NCBI GenBank assembly: GCA_965242865.1
Contig: CBDETK010000008.1
Coordinates: 56,915-120,914, forward strand
Length of the DNA stretch: 64,000 bases
Direction: 5' to 3'
Source: Candidatus Latescibacterota bacterium
GTDB taxonomy: Bacteria; Latescibacterota; UBA2968; UBA8231
A program made the translations under genes and the position numbers. The notes under the pieces are model-generated. The model saw only the letters and a list, made by a program, of their open reading frames with translations, made no database searches and was not told the origin of the DNA. Shown here in pieces: positions 39,111 to 49,023 of this stretch. Position 1 is the stretch's first letter, and the number at the start of each line of letters is the position of its first letter.

Positions 39111-39638
39111 CTAACTGTCCTCCTCGAGATCGAAGTGAGCCCGCAGTGCCGCAGCATCTTGGCGATCAATCGGTCTCATGGTCCCTCTCTTGAGCCGGTG
39201 TAGAGCGGCCGGAGTGGCTACTCGGATTCGAACTCCCCGATACTCCATGGTTTCCGCATCGACCGACTCGAACGTCGCCTTCTCGCTAATTCCGGCGATG
39301 AGGTCCAAGCAGAGTTTCTCGCTTGGAGGATAGTATCTGACCACGGGATAGAACCCCATCAGGTCGTCGGCTCGGATTTCTTCAATGCTCGGATCGTCTT
39401 GATACGCCGACCGGAGGGCCGCGGCGATTCGTTGGATGTTCTCGCGACTTGCTTTGACCAGTAAGTCCACATCTTCGGTTCCCCGAATGATCCCATGCAT
39501 ACCCAACGCGGCAGCTCCTACCAAGGTGTACTCGACACCAGCCTGGTCCAAGGCTCTGAAAACACGTATCAACTCTTCGCGATCCACCGTGCCAAGGGTA
39601 GCAAGGGAGGAGCTAACTGAGTCCTTGAATCGGGTCAT
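39111..39638 (-). CDS. Nucleotidyltransferase-fold protein (MNT/DUF6036-like)
   Basis: LVGAAALGMHGIIRGTEDVDLLV matches the G[SA]..x(9-12)..D.D NTase signature. 175 aa. Confidence 0.6.
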   Translation of the reverse strand: MTRFKDSVSSSLATLGTVDREELIRVFRALDQAGVEYTLVGAAALGMHGIIRGTEDVDLLVKASRENIQRIAAALRSAYQDDPSIEEIRADDLMGFYPVVRYYPPSEKLCLDLIAGISEKATFESVDAETMEYRGVRIRVATPAALHRLKRGTMRPIDRQDAAALRAHFDLEEDS

Positions 39639-40048
39639 CCGCCTGCGTCGGCCGCTCTTGGGCGAGCGAACCCGAGGTCGATGCGAATGCGGGAGCGGCG
39701 ATCGTGCGTATCCGGCGATTCAGTGCCCTCGAGCGGGAAATCCGCTGCGCTCCGACCGCGAGCGCCCGAGGTGCTCAAGAAGCGCGACCCCGCAACGCAC
39801 CGCGGGCGCGACGCTGCTTGCGGCACTGAGACGAATCGCAGTAAGTGCAACAAGATAGCAGATAATTAGCGACACGCGGTGACTCCGGACGCGACGGAGC
39901 GGCCACGCGGCCAGATCGCAAATACATGAAACAGCTTCGTGCGCTGTGCGCGCATTGTCGGCAACGCGCGCTCGCGCACCACCTAGGCCGGAGAGCTATG
40001 CATCAAGTTGAACTTGAGACGATGTTGCAGAAAGGCTACAATCGGGGC

Positions 40049-41194
40049 ATGCAGACCTTCCGCAAGGTTCTCTTTTGGCTGCACCTCATTTGCGGCGTGG
40101 CGGTCGGCTTGGTCGTCTTCGTGATGTCGGCCACGGGCGTCGTCCTGACCTACGAGAAGCAGATGGAGCGGTGGGCCGACGGTTTCGAGGTGGGCGAGGA
40201 ATGTGGCGAGGGTGCCCGGCTGGGGCCGGAGGCGTTGCTCGCGGCCACGCGAGCGTCCACCGGGAGAGTGCCGACCGCGATACTCGTCCGTTCCGACCCG
40301 TCGCAGCCTGTGCGCGTCTCGTTCGGGCGCCAGTCGAACGAGGTCCATCCCTGCACCGGAGAATCGATGGGGGAGGGCGCGCCGCAAGTGCATGGCTTTT
40401 TCCATCAGATGATCCTCTGGCACCGCTGGCTGGGCCAGGAAGGCGACGGGCGCAGCGTAGGCAAAGCGATTACCGGAGCCTGCAATCTGGCATTCCTGTT
40501 CATCATCCTGTCGGGTTCGTACCTGTGGTGGCCGAAGCAATGGACGTGGAAGCAATTGCGCGGGATCGTGCTGTTCCGGGGCGGACTGAAGGGCAAGGCG
40601 CGCGACTTCAACTGGCATAACGTGTTCGGGCTTTGGTGCGCCGTGCCGCTCTTCATCGTGGCTGGCACGGCCGTGTTCTTCTCATACTCGTGGAGTTCCG
40701 ATCTGCTCTATGCCGTTACCGGCGAGGAGCGGTCAGCTTCAAGCGGACGGGGCCGAGGGGGCGGGGCGGCAAGCCCCGGGCAGGAGAGTGAAGAGCCTCC
40801 CGGTTTCACGGGACTCGACGCGCTCTGGAAAACGGCAGTTGCCATCGAGCCCGATTGGAGATTGATCACGATGCGCATTCCGGAACGTCCGCAGGCCCCG
40901 GTCTCGTTCACGCTCGACCGCGGGAACGGCTTCCGACCGGATCTCCGCACCACCGTGGTGCTCGACCGCAGCACCGGCAAGGTCGTGCGCCAGGTGGAAT
41001 ACGCTGACAATCCAAAGGCGGCCAACGCCCGGTCTTGGATCCGCTGGCTGCACACCGGGGAAGCGGGCGGCCTCGCCGGGCAAACCTTGGCCGGGATCGT
41101 CTCGCTGGCCGCTTGCTTTCTGGTGTACACGGGCTGGATGCTGAGCTGGCGTCGCTTTCAGGCTTGGCGGACTAGGAATCGCGGATCCCCGTGA
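40049..41194 (+). CDS. PepSY-associated TM helix protein (PiuB-like)
   Basis: MQTFRKVLFWLHLICGVAVGLVVFVMSATGVVLTYEKQ is the typical PepSY_TM N-terminus. Four TM segments. ATG 40049 preferred. Confidence 0.8.
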   Translation: MQTFRKVLFWLHLICGVAVGLVVFVMSATGVVLTYEKQMERWADGFEVGEECGEGARLGPEALLAATRASTGRVPTAILVRSDPSQPVRVSFGRQSNEVHPCTGESMGEGAPQVHGFFHQMILWHRWLGQEGDGRSVGKAITGACNLAFLFIILSGSYLWWPKQWTWKQLRGIVLFRGGLKGKARDFNWHNVFGLWCAVPLFIVAGTAVFFSYSWSSDLLYAVTGEERSASSGRGRGGGAASPGQESEEPPGFTGLDALWKTAVAIEPDWRLITMRIPERPQAPVSFTLDRGNGFRPDLRTTVVLDRSTGKVVRQVEYADNPKAANARSWIRWLHTGEAGGLAGQTLAGIVSLAACFLVYTGWMLSWRRFQAWRTRNRGSP

Positions 41195-41355
41195 CCCGCT
41201 CAATCGGTTACGTATCTTGGCTCCAGTGCTAGGCGCAACGGCAGTCGAGCCGAGCCGACCACGGGAACCCCACAGATCCGCTCGATTCGCAAACTTAGCG
41301 ATCTGACTGTGTCCGGCACGTCGGATCGAGATTCGATGCGTGGGAACATGGAGCA

Positions 41356-41763
41356 ATGCATACCAGCACCGGATGGACGAACGAATCGAACGACCTGACT
41401 TCCCCATACTTGAAACGCATCGAATGGCTCAGGAATGATGGGCTCTGCTACGACATCACGTTAAACGAGTCGTCCGTGCGGGACTTTCTTTCGTTCATCG
41501 ATGCCGCGTCATACTCGCTCAGAGCATCTCTAGTGCTCCACGACAATGGCAACATCCGGGCGCTGTGGAAGCTGAGCGACGAAGATCGAATCGGCGTTCA
41601 ATTCCGAGGCGACGGGAATGCCTCGTTCGTGATCTTCAAGCGTCCTGCTGCGGGAGTCGCTACTTCACGAACCTACGGGTTGGATTCGCTGGACGGAGTT
41701 CGCGCCCGGATTCAAGCATGCGGATTCGAGCCTGAGTTGAGCGGACGGTCGACCGATCCCTAG
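41356..41763 (+). CDS. Hypothetical protein (135 aa), AT-richer than neighbours
   Basis: ORF only. No known motif. See the finding on similarity to the C-terminus of the 48070..49023 product. Confidence 0.45.
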   Translation: MHTSTGWTNESNDLTSPYLKRIEWLRNDGLCYDITLNESSVRDFLSFIDAASYSLRASLVLHDNGNIRALWKLSDEDRIGVQFRGDGNASFVIFKRPAAGVATSRTYGLDSLDGVRARIQACGFEPELSGRSTDP

Positions 41764-41810
41764 CGACTTGTCCCCGGCAAGCACGCGCAGTCGTAGGCTT
41801 ACTATGAGGC

Positions 41811-44222
41811 GTGCATCCTAATTCACCCTATAGGCGTGATCGACGCTGCCTGTTCGCATGGCGGTTTCGTGCGCTTGCAGCGTTGCTTGCCGCGTCCTCC
41901 GGCGGTATCGCTACGGGTCAAGACACGGTCGGAACCGCATCAGTTCGCGGAGTCGTGCAACGGCATGACGGCACTCCTGGCGCGGGCTTGCGAGTTTGTA
42001 TCGCGGATACGAATCAATGCGCCGTCAGCGACGGGGAGGGGCGGTTCGGCACTCTTGACGCCCGCCCGGGGACCCGTCGGCTCGAAGTCCAACTGGAGCT
42101 GGGCGTCGTCCTGGCAACTCGCGAAGTCGAGACTCGCGCCGGCCTCACCAGCGAGGTGCAACTCGTGCTGCCGGAAGTTGGAGCGGTGGAGACTTCGATC
42201 ACCGTGAATGCCTCCGCGGTGACCACGCCCGACGAGGTCGTCACCTCCGGCGTGCGCATCCGAAACCGGGAAATCGCGAAGGTGGCGGACGGGATGCAAG
42301 ATGTCTCGCGGTACGTGGCGACCCTACCCGGCGTCATGACGGGCTCGGCGGACTTCCGCAACGACATCATCGTTCGCGGTGGGAGCCCGTTGGAGAACTT
42401 GTTCATTGTCGACAACATCGAGATTCCGAACATCAATAGCTTCGCGAACCTAGCCTCCGCCGGGGGCACGTTCAGCCTGTTGGACGTGCAGTTGATCGAG
42501 GACGTGACGTTCTTGACGGGAGGGTATCCGGCACCGTACGTCAACCGGCTCTCGAGCGTCATGCAGGTCACCCAGCGCGAGGGCAGCCGGGAGAAGTTCC
42601 GGGGACGCGCCACGCTGGCGTACGCCGGGGCCGGGGGAGTGCTGGAGGGTCCATGGGGCGGAGGGAACGGTTCGTGGATCGTGTCCGGCCGCCGGAGTTT
42701 CTTGGACCTGTTCGGCAACAATCTCGGCACGGGCGGCGTGCCGGTCTATTACTCGTTCACCGGCAAGGCCGTGCGGGACTTCGGCTCTCTGGATCGGGTT
42801 TGGATCACCAGCATCACCGGCCTGGACACCGTCCGACTCGGTCCGTCCGACGATCTAGATCCCGCCGACGAGTTGAACACCGTCGATATCCGCTACAGCG
42901 GATTTCGCAACGCGACGGGATTCAATTGGCAGCACATCTTCGGCTCGCGGGGCGTAGGCCTGCTGGGTCTGACCCATTCTCGGGCGAGGGTCGATTCGAC
43001 AGTCAAGGACCTTGTTCGGAACGGCCCGTTCGCGCCCGGCGCGGACATCGAGCAACGGCTCGCGGCCGGAGCGGTCGCCTTCCGGCAGGACGCGACGGAA
43101 GACGAAACGACGCTGAAGTACGACTTGACGCTGCATGGGAACCGCTTCGGCGAGTTCCGCCTCGGCGCCACGCAGAAGCGCTTCGTGAACAACTACATCA
43201 CGCTCTCGCCGCTGGGCTACGACGGTCCCTACACGCGGGTTCCTGACATCAACCCGATCAACTTGCGGGAGCGCATCACGGCCGCGCAGTCCGGGGCGTA
43301 CCTGCAGGGCACGCACTCCTTGGCTCCGCGGGTCCGCCTGACTCTCGGGGGGCGCTTCGATCGCTACGCGCATTTTGGGAAAGCGCATACGCGCTTCAGT
43401 CCGCGGGCCGCCCTCCGGGTGGGTCTCGGGGGCAACCTTTCATGGAACACGAGCTGGGGCCTGTACCACCAATTGCCCTTGTATCTCTTCATGAGCGCGT
43501 TCGAGTCGAATCGGGCGCTGCGGCCGGCGCGGTCGGAACATTGGGTTACCGGAATCAGCTGGATCCCGCGGCCCAGCCTGCGAGTGACTGTCGAGGGATA
43601 CGCGAAGAACTACAAGGACTACCCGGCTTCGACCCAGTTCCCGCAGCTCTCCTTCGCCAACGTGGGCGACACCTTCAATGTCCGCGACATCCTGTATCCG
43701 ATGTCGAGCGTCGGCAGGGGGAGATCCCGCGGGGTCGAATTCTTCGTCGAGAAGAAATCGGAACAGAACTGGTTCGGGCAACTGAACTTCGCTTACTCGC
43801 GGACCTATCATGCCGGGCGCGATCACGTGTTTCGTCCTGGCGCGTTCGACCGTCCCTTCGCCTTCAACGCGGTTGGCGGCCGCCGACTCGCCGCCAACTG
43901 GGAACTCGCCATGCGCACCTCTTACCTGACCGGCAGGCCGTACACGCCGTTCCACGGGGAGTTGTCGCGGGCGCAGCAACGAGGCATCTTCGATCTAGAC
44001 CGAGTGAACGCGTTACGGCTTCCGGCCTTCTTCACGCTCGACCTGCGTGTCGACCGCATCTTCCGCGTCGGCGACCAGACAGCGGTGGTTTACGCGGGCC
44101 TGCAGAACGTGACCGGCCGCCAGAATCGGACGAGCCCATCCTGGAATCGCTTGACGAACGAGGCCGGGGCGAGTGACGCTTTCGGTCGCCTTCTGATCAT
44201 GGGCATGGAATGGGCCTTCTGA
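41811..44222 (+). CDS. TonB-dependent receptor with N-terminal carboxypeptidase-regulatory-like domain
   Basis: VRGVVQRHDGTPGAGLRVCI...DGEGRF (CarboxypepD_reg), plug IIVRGGSPLENLFIVDNIEI, C-terminal aromatic ...GMEWAF. Confidence 0.85.
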   Translation: MHPNSPYRRDRRCLFAWRFRALAALLAASSGGIATGQDTVGTASVRGVVQRHDGTPGAGLRVCIADTNQCAVSDGEGRFGTLDARPGTRRLEVQLELGVVLATREVETRAGLTSEVQLVLPEVGAVETSITVNASAVTTPDEVVTSGVRIRNREIAKVADGMQDVSRYVATLPGVMTGSADFRNDIIVRGGSPLENLFIVDNIEIPNINSFANLASAGGTFSLLDVQLIEDVTFLTGGYPAPYVNRLSSVMQVTQREGSREKFRGRATLAYAGAGGVLEGPWGGGNGSWIVSGRRSFLDLFGNNLGTGGVPVYYSFTGKAVRDFGSLDRVWITSITGLDTVRLGPSDDLDPADELNTVDIRYSGFRNATGFNWQHIFGSRGVGLLGLTHSRARVDSTVKDLVRNGPFAPGADIEQRLAAGAVAFRQDATEDETTLKYDLTLHGNRFGEFRLGATQKRFVNNYITLSPLGYDGPYTRVPDINPINLRERITAAQSGAYLQGTHSLAPRVRLTLGGRFDRYAHFGKAHTRFSPRAALRVGLGGNLSWNTSWGLYHQLPLYLFMSAFESNRALRPARSEHWVTGISWIPRPSLRVTVEGYAKNYKDYPASTQFPQLSFANVGDTFNVRDILYPMSSVGRGRSRGVEFFVEKKSEQNWFGQLNFAYSRTYHAGRDHVFRPGAFDRPFAFNAVGGRRLAANWELAMRTSYLTGRPYTPFHGELSRAQQRGIFDLDRVNALRLPAFFTLDLRVDRIFRVGDQTAVVYAGLQNVTGRQNRTSPSWNRLTNEAGASDAFGRLLIMGMEWAF

Positions 44223-44398
44223 GGGGTGCGGTCGTCGCGAGCAGGGTAGTCGTCGCCGGGAACTGGCGGATGGGTGACGCGCTGTCAATTTCGGCCCGGT
44301 CCGGCTCGAACGCATGACGCAGTTCGAGCAATGTGAATCCGGCCGGCACTTCCCGGGATTCGTAGCCGACGAGTGTTCTAACCTTGGGGTAGATCGAA

Positions 44399-45547
44399 GT
44401 GTTCCGCTGGGCCGGAACGAAGAGGACGGTGTCGGTGCATCCGGGCCCGTTCTTGCCAGGTGCAGGAGGGCTGCCGCCCTGTTTGGCCGGAAGGGAGCGA
44501 GAGCAAACCGAGATAGATGATTTTCTTGAAGCTATTCGCTCCGGGGTGCCGCCGCCATCGATGCTGATCCTTTACGGGCCACGCGGGAAAGGCAAGACCA
44601 CGCTGCTGAACTGGACCAGTCGACAGGCTCTTGATCAAGGTATTCGATCTCTCCGATTAGAGGCCTCCGAGATCCTAACGGAGGACACGCCGGCCAAGCC
44701 TCAATTGCCGGATACTTGGTTGACTAAGATTTTCCAAGGCGTTTCTCGGCGCGGCTCAGGGGTTCGCTTGCGGAGGCCAGAAGCCAGCAACGTGACAAAG
44801 GCATTGGCTCGCCTTGCGAAGAAGAGTCCGACGGTCATTCTCATTGACGAAGCTAACACTCTGGAAACGACCTTGGGTGCGCAACTGCTGCAAGCGGCTC
44901 AGACACTGGCTGGGGACGGCAAGCCATTCCTATTGGTACTCGCAGGTACTCCCGACTTGCCGAGCCGTCTGCGGAAGATGCGCGTGACTCTCTGGGATAG
45001 AAGCGCGATCTTCCCGCTGCAAAGGCTCGATGACCGTGCCTCGTCCGATGCCATTCAGATCCCATTCGAGAGGGCCGGTTACGGTATCGCTCCTGCAGCA
45101 CTGGAGAGCATAGTCAGAGACAGCCGCGGATACCCTTACTTTCTGCAACTCTGGGGAAGGGCCCTATGGAGCCAAGTGCGCCACTCCGTCGGGCCGAGCA
45201 GGATGGAAGAGGTGAATCGAGTCCGCCCGCGAGTCGAAGAAACGAGAAACCGATTCTACTTGGAGCGGTATCAAGAGTTGAAGGACAGGGGACTGGTCGC
45301 CTCGGCCGTTGCCTTAGCCCAAGCGTACGAGGGTAGCGACAGCATGGATGACTACAGGGTCGACCAGGTGCTGAAGCGCGCTCTTGAGGCGGATGGCCAG
45401 ATGACCGGGTCGTCGGAGTTGATGCAGGTCCGCCCAGAGCTGCACGACCTCGGCTACATCTGGTCCCCGGGCGGAGCGAGGAAGAGCCTCTATATCACCG
45501 GGATTCCAAGTCTGATGTCGTTCGTCGCAGATGGCGCCCACCACTAG
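44399..45547 (+). CDS. AAA ATPase (ORC/Cdc6- or Arch_ATPase-like)
   Basis: GREREQTEIDDFL then Walker A LYGPRGKGKTTLL, Walker B VILIDEANTL. GTG start. Confidence 0.7.
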   Translation: MFRWAGTKRTVSVHPGPFLPGAGGLPPCLAGREREQTEIDDFLEAIRSGVPPPSMLILYGPRGKGKTTLLNWTSRQALDQGIRSLRLEASEILTEDTPAKPQLPDTWLTKIFQGVSRRGSGVRLRRPEASNVTKALARLAKKSPTVILIDEANTLETTLGAQLLQAAQTLAGDGKPFLLVLAGTPDLPSRLRKMRVTLWDRSAIFPLQRLDDRASSDAIQIPFERAGYGIAPAALESIVRDSRGYPYFLQLWGRALWSQVRHSVGPSRMEEVNRVRPRVEETRNRFYLERYQELKDRGLVASAVALAQAYEGSDSMDDYRVDQVLKRALEADGQMTGSSELMQVRPELHDLGYIWSPGGARKSLYITGIPSLMSFVADGAHH

Positions 45548-45803
45548 CCGACTGCTATCCGGAACTTGACATCGAAGGCATCGCCCTCGGGATGACCGCA
45601 GTGCTTGAAGCACGTTTGGCCGCTGGCACGTCACACCGACGGGTGCAGCTACCGGCACGGATCGCGCGACGAATGAATCGACTCGGTGGTGGTGCGCATG
45701 ACGAGCTTAGGCCCTTCAATGTTCGGACGTTCACACTAGGGCAGTCTCGCGGTCGAATGGCAGGACTGGACAGAACGGATCCGTTTGTGGCATTACTGAG
45801 GGA

Positions 45804-47180
45804 GTGACTGACGAACCGATCCCGTTGCGTGAGGTGCGCGTGCGCGTGGTGCGGCCCGACGAGGAGCCGCGCTTCAACGCGCTGCTGCGGGAGCACCACT
45901 ACCTCGGCTTCCGGAAGTTCTGCGGGCGCCGCTTGCGGCACGTCGCGGTGCTCGGCGAACGCTGGCTGGCACTCCTCGGCTGGCACGCCGCGGCATTGCA
46001 CTGCGCGGCGCGCGAACGCTGGATCGGCTGGCACACCTTGCAGCGCCGCCAGCGTCTGTTCCTGATCGTCAACAATTCGCGCTTCCTCTTGCTGCCGGAC
46101 GCCGCGGGCACTCCGCACCTCGCCTCGCGCGTGCTCGGCCTGAGCTTGCGCCGGCTACCCGGCGACTGGCTCGCCCGGCACGGCCACGCGATTCTCCTCG
46201 CAGAGACTTTCGTGGATCCCCAGCGCTTCGCCGGAACCTGCTATCGCGCTGCAAACTGGCTGGAGATCGGGCGCACGCTCGGCTATGGCCGCACGCGCAG
46301 CGGACCGCTCGGCTACGTCGCGCACGGCCAACCCAAGCGCGTATTCGTGTATCCCTTGCGGCGAGATGCCCGGCACCAGCTGGCCGCGCCCGTGCCCCGG
46401 CCCGAGTGGCTCCCGTGGAGGCCCCGCATCCTGCTCACCACCGCGCAAATGCTCTCGCTGCGCGACTTCGTGCGGTCCCAGCCCGACTCGCGCGGGCGCC
46501 GCGGCCTGCGCTACCCGTGGCCCGCGCTGCTGACGATCGTGCTGGCCGCCCGCGTGGCGGGCGCGACCACTCTGACGGAGATGTCGCGCTTCGGACGCGC
46601 CTTGGAGCAGTCCGTGCTGCAGGATCTCGGAATTCCCCGGCGAACGCAGACCGGGCGCTATCACGCCCCGGGCATCAGCACCTTGCACTACGCGCTCAAG
46701 GGGATCGACGTGGAGACCCTTGAAGACCTGCTGGCCGAGTGGACCCGCATCCAGGCTCCCGACGAAGAGCCGCTGGCCATCGATGGCACGTCCCTGCGCG
46801 GCTCCGACGAACATGACCTCTAAGGAGACCGGTGCGTGCATGCCCAGTCCCCTAGCAGCAGCTCTCGGCGGTCTGCATCCTGTCCGGCCTAGTGACCTGC
46901 CAGCACGGTTCAATGAGACCATGCACTGACCAGCCTGTCGGCGGCACTGGCCTCCCCGGGGTTACCTGCGTCACCGGTTACGGCTATACCCGACAGCTGA
47001 GAATTGTGTGCATCACGTGCGCGATACGGTGCGACGGGAAGTCGCACGCGGGTTTGTGCAAGCGGTTAGTCCCGCAGGTCTTGGCGGCGTTCGCCAACCC
47101 CCCTATTTCGGTGCTGCGCCTGCTGGGCAAGCAACCCTTGGCGAGGGGCATGTACAACTCCCGTCTGCGCCCGAACTGTG
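45804..47180 (+). pseudogene. Decayed DUF4338 + ISAs1-family transposase (catalytic core deleted)
   Basis: N-terminus HHYLGFRKFCGRRLRHVA ... ETFVDPQRFAGTCYRAANW is DUF4338-like. DSRGRRGLRYPWPALLTIVLAARVAG...LAIDGTSLRGS is the ISAs1 N-terminal domain, then a stop at 46823. C-terminal fragments lie in two other frames: HHVRDTV..E (47008 onward) and VPQVLAAFANPPISVLRLLG (47066-47180). Confidence 0.65.
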
Positions 47181-48069
47181 TCGTGGGGGTCCGGTTCGCG
47201 GTGCGTCCGGCCGCGCAAATCCGTCGCTGTGCTTGGCCGTGCCCCGACCGGAGCGGCTCTTCCCCTCGCGATGCAAGGCGCACGGGTCTCTCAACATGCC
47301 CAGCAGACACCGGTCGGACTCGCCCTTCAATTCGCGTAGGTGCTTGCGTAGCCAAACGATTCTTGGCTTCGTCTAAACTATCTGGGATGGATGCAGAGGC
47401 GTCGATCCGCCACTAGTAGGATCAGTCCCTGCGAGAGACCAACTGAACCCACACGTTCGGTTCTCTCCGAGCGTCACTGGCGGAGGATACTCTCATTGAG
47501 GAGCACGATGGATCGTACGACCACCCGTAGGTTGCCGGTCTCGATGCTGCCTAGCTTGCACTGGACTCATCTCCCGAGTCATCTACTGAAGTGGGGCAGG
47601 GGTAACGCCGGAAGGACAATTTCGTGGCGGTCCGGCTCAGCAATGTCGCCCACCGATGTGAGGGGTGTGCTATTCTGCTGTGGGTGTACGAATCCAATGA
47701 CCACGCTAGGCCTAGGGCCCGGCGGAGATTCGCTGTTCTTGGCTCGCGGTAGCGTAACCTCGGGCCTTGACCGGGCTCTACCGCCGAGTGCGCCAAGGGC
47801 ATGCTGCACCTCGGTCACCGTCTTTGCCCTCACGTCTCAAAACGGCGTTGCAGCGCAGTTCTCTTGGAAGGAGTCCTGCCATGCCTAAAGGTTCCTTCTT
47901 GCAACTTCGTTTGGCAGGAGATCGTTTCTCTGACCATTCGGTACCGTTCGACACCTTGCTTGGAATCGCTCAGTTCAAAGCCCTGGTTGTAGAAGCATCG
48001 AGGCTCGAGTATCTCTAGCATCAGAAACACCGCAAACGGATCCCCCGTGGTTTTTCACAATCCATCGAG

Positions 48070-49023
48070 TTGAAACTCACTTCGATAGAGGCAGGGAGTG
48101 CCCAAGTGGGAATTGGTCTGGAACTATCGGGCACTCAATCGTTGATTGCCAATCAAGAGAGCTATTTCGCTCGGGGTCGTGATAGTTTGATTAGGACGAT
48201 TCAAAAGGCAGGTAATGGGGAGAAATTGGAAGGCGTGAAAGTGTCTAGAAAGATGTCCAACGGTTTCGATTCGATTGCAGAGATTCTAGAAGATGGCGAG
48301 GAACTTCACGTAATTCGTCCAAGTGGGACCGCCAATGAACACGAAAGGGCAGTGTTCACAAAGGAAATCGCCGCTAGACTACGAAATACGAGTGCTAACG
48401 ATGATGCAGTTTCAGCGGATATTGAAACTTGTGGATATATCTCGGAGTTCAATCAAGAAAACAACACGTTTCGATTGCGATTGCATGACGGCACGAAATT
48501 CAATCCATCTATCTCTGCAGAACTTCTAGAAACTGCGCTTGATGTATTCAATGGATATCGAAGAGGTCTGCAAGCTCATTTCCGGGGTACTAGCCTAAAG
48601 AATTCAGCTGGTCGTATTGTTGATGTCAATAAGATAACGCATTTACACATCATGGACGACCCACTGAACATAAGCCATCAACTGGACGACATCCGAAAAC
48701 TGAGCAACGGATGGCTTGATGGCGAAGGAGCAGCTCCTTCACGCGATGGAATCAATTGGATTGAATCGAAGTTGCACAGGTATATTCCCAGCGATTTCCC
48801 ACCAATCTATTTGTATCCAACTGAGACCGGAGGAATTCTAATTGAATGGTCAATTGAGTCGAATGAAGCCAGTATCGAAGTCGACCTAGAATCACGCATT
48901 GGCATTTGGCATGAATTGAATGTGCAGTCAGGTGAAGATGATGAGCGAGAGTTCAATCTTGATCAAGCCGCGAATTGGCAATGGGTAATCGATCATGTGG
49001 ACGGCTTGAGGCCAGTCACATGA
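48070..49023 (+). CDS. Hypothetical protein. The same frame is open from ATG 47881 except for a TAG at 48016-48018
   Basis: AT-rich. The track start is a weak TTG. AAGGAG RBS plus ATG at 47881 lie in the same frame. Stop TGA overlaps the next ATG (ATGA at 49020-49023). Confidence 0.6.
   Translation: MKLTSIEAGSAQVGIGLELSGTQSLIANQESYFARGRDSLIRTIQKAGNGEKLEGVKVSRKMSNGFDSIAEILEDGEELHVIRPSGTANEHERAVFTKEIAARLRNTSANDDAVSADIETCGYISEFNQENNTFRLRLHDGTKFNPSISAELLETALDVFNGYRRGLQAHFRGTSLKNSAGRIVDVNKITHLHIMDDPLNISHQLDDIRKLSNGWLDGEGAAPSRDGINWIESKLHRYIPSDFPPIYLYPTETGGILIEWSIESNEASIEVDLESRIGIWHELNVQSGEDDEREFNLDQAANWQWVIDHVDGLRPVT

Noticed and set aside
39853-39872. Fur-box-like AT-rich string agatagcagataattagcg upstream of the PepSY gene
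   Set aside because: It contains one GATAAT hexamer but matches the 19-bp Fur consensus poorly and lacks dyad symmetry.
44320-44343. Prepilin-like AGFTLLEL motif on the minus strand
   Set aside because: It is not followed by the hydrophobic helix of type IV pilins and has no start codon or ORF context.
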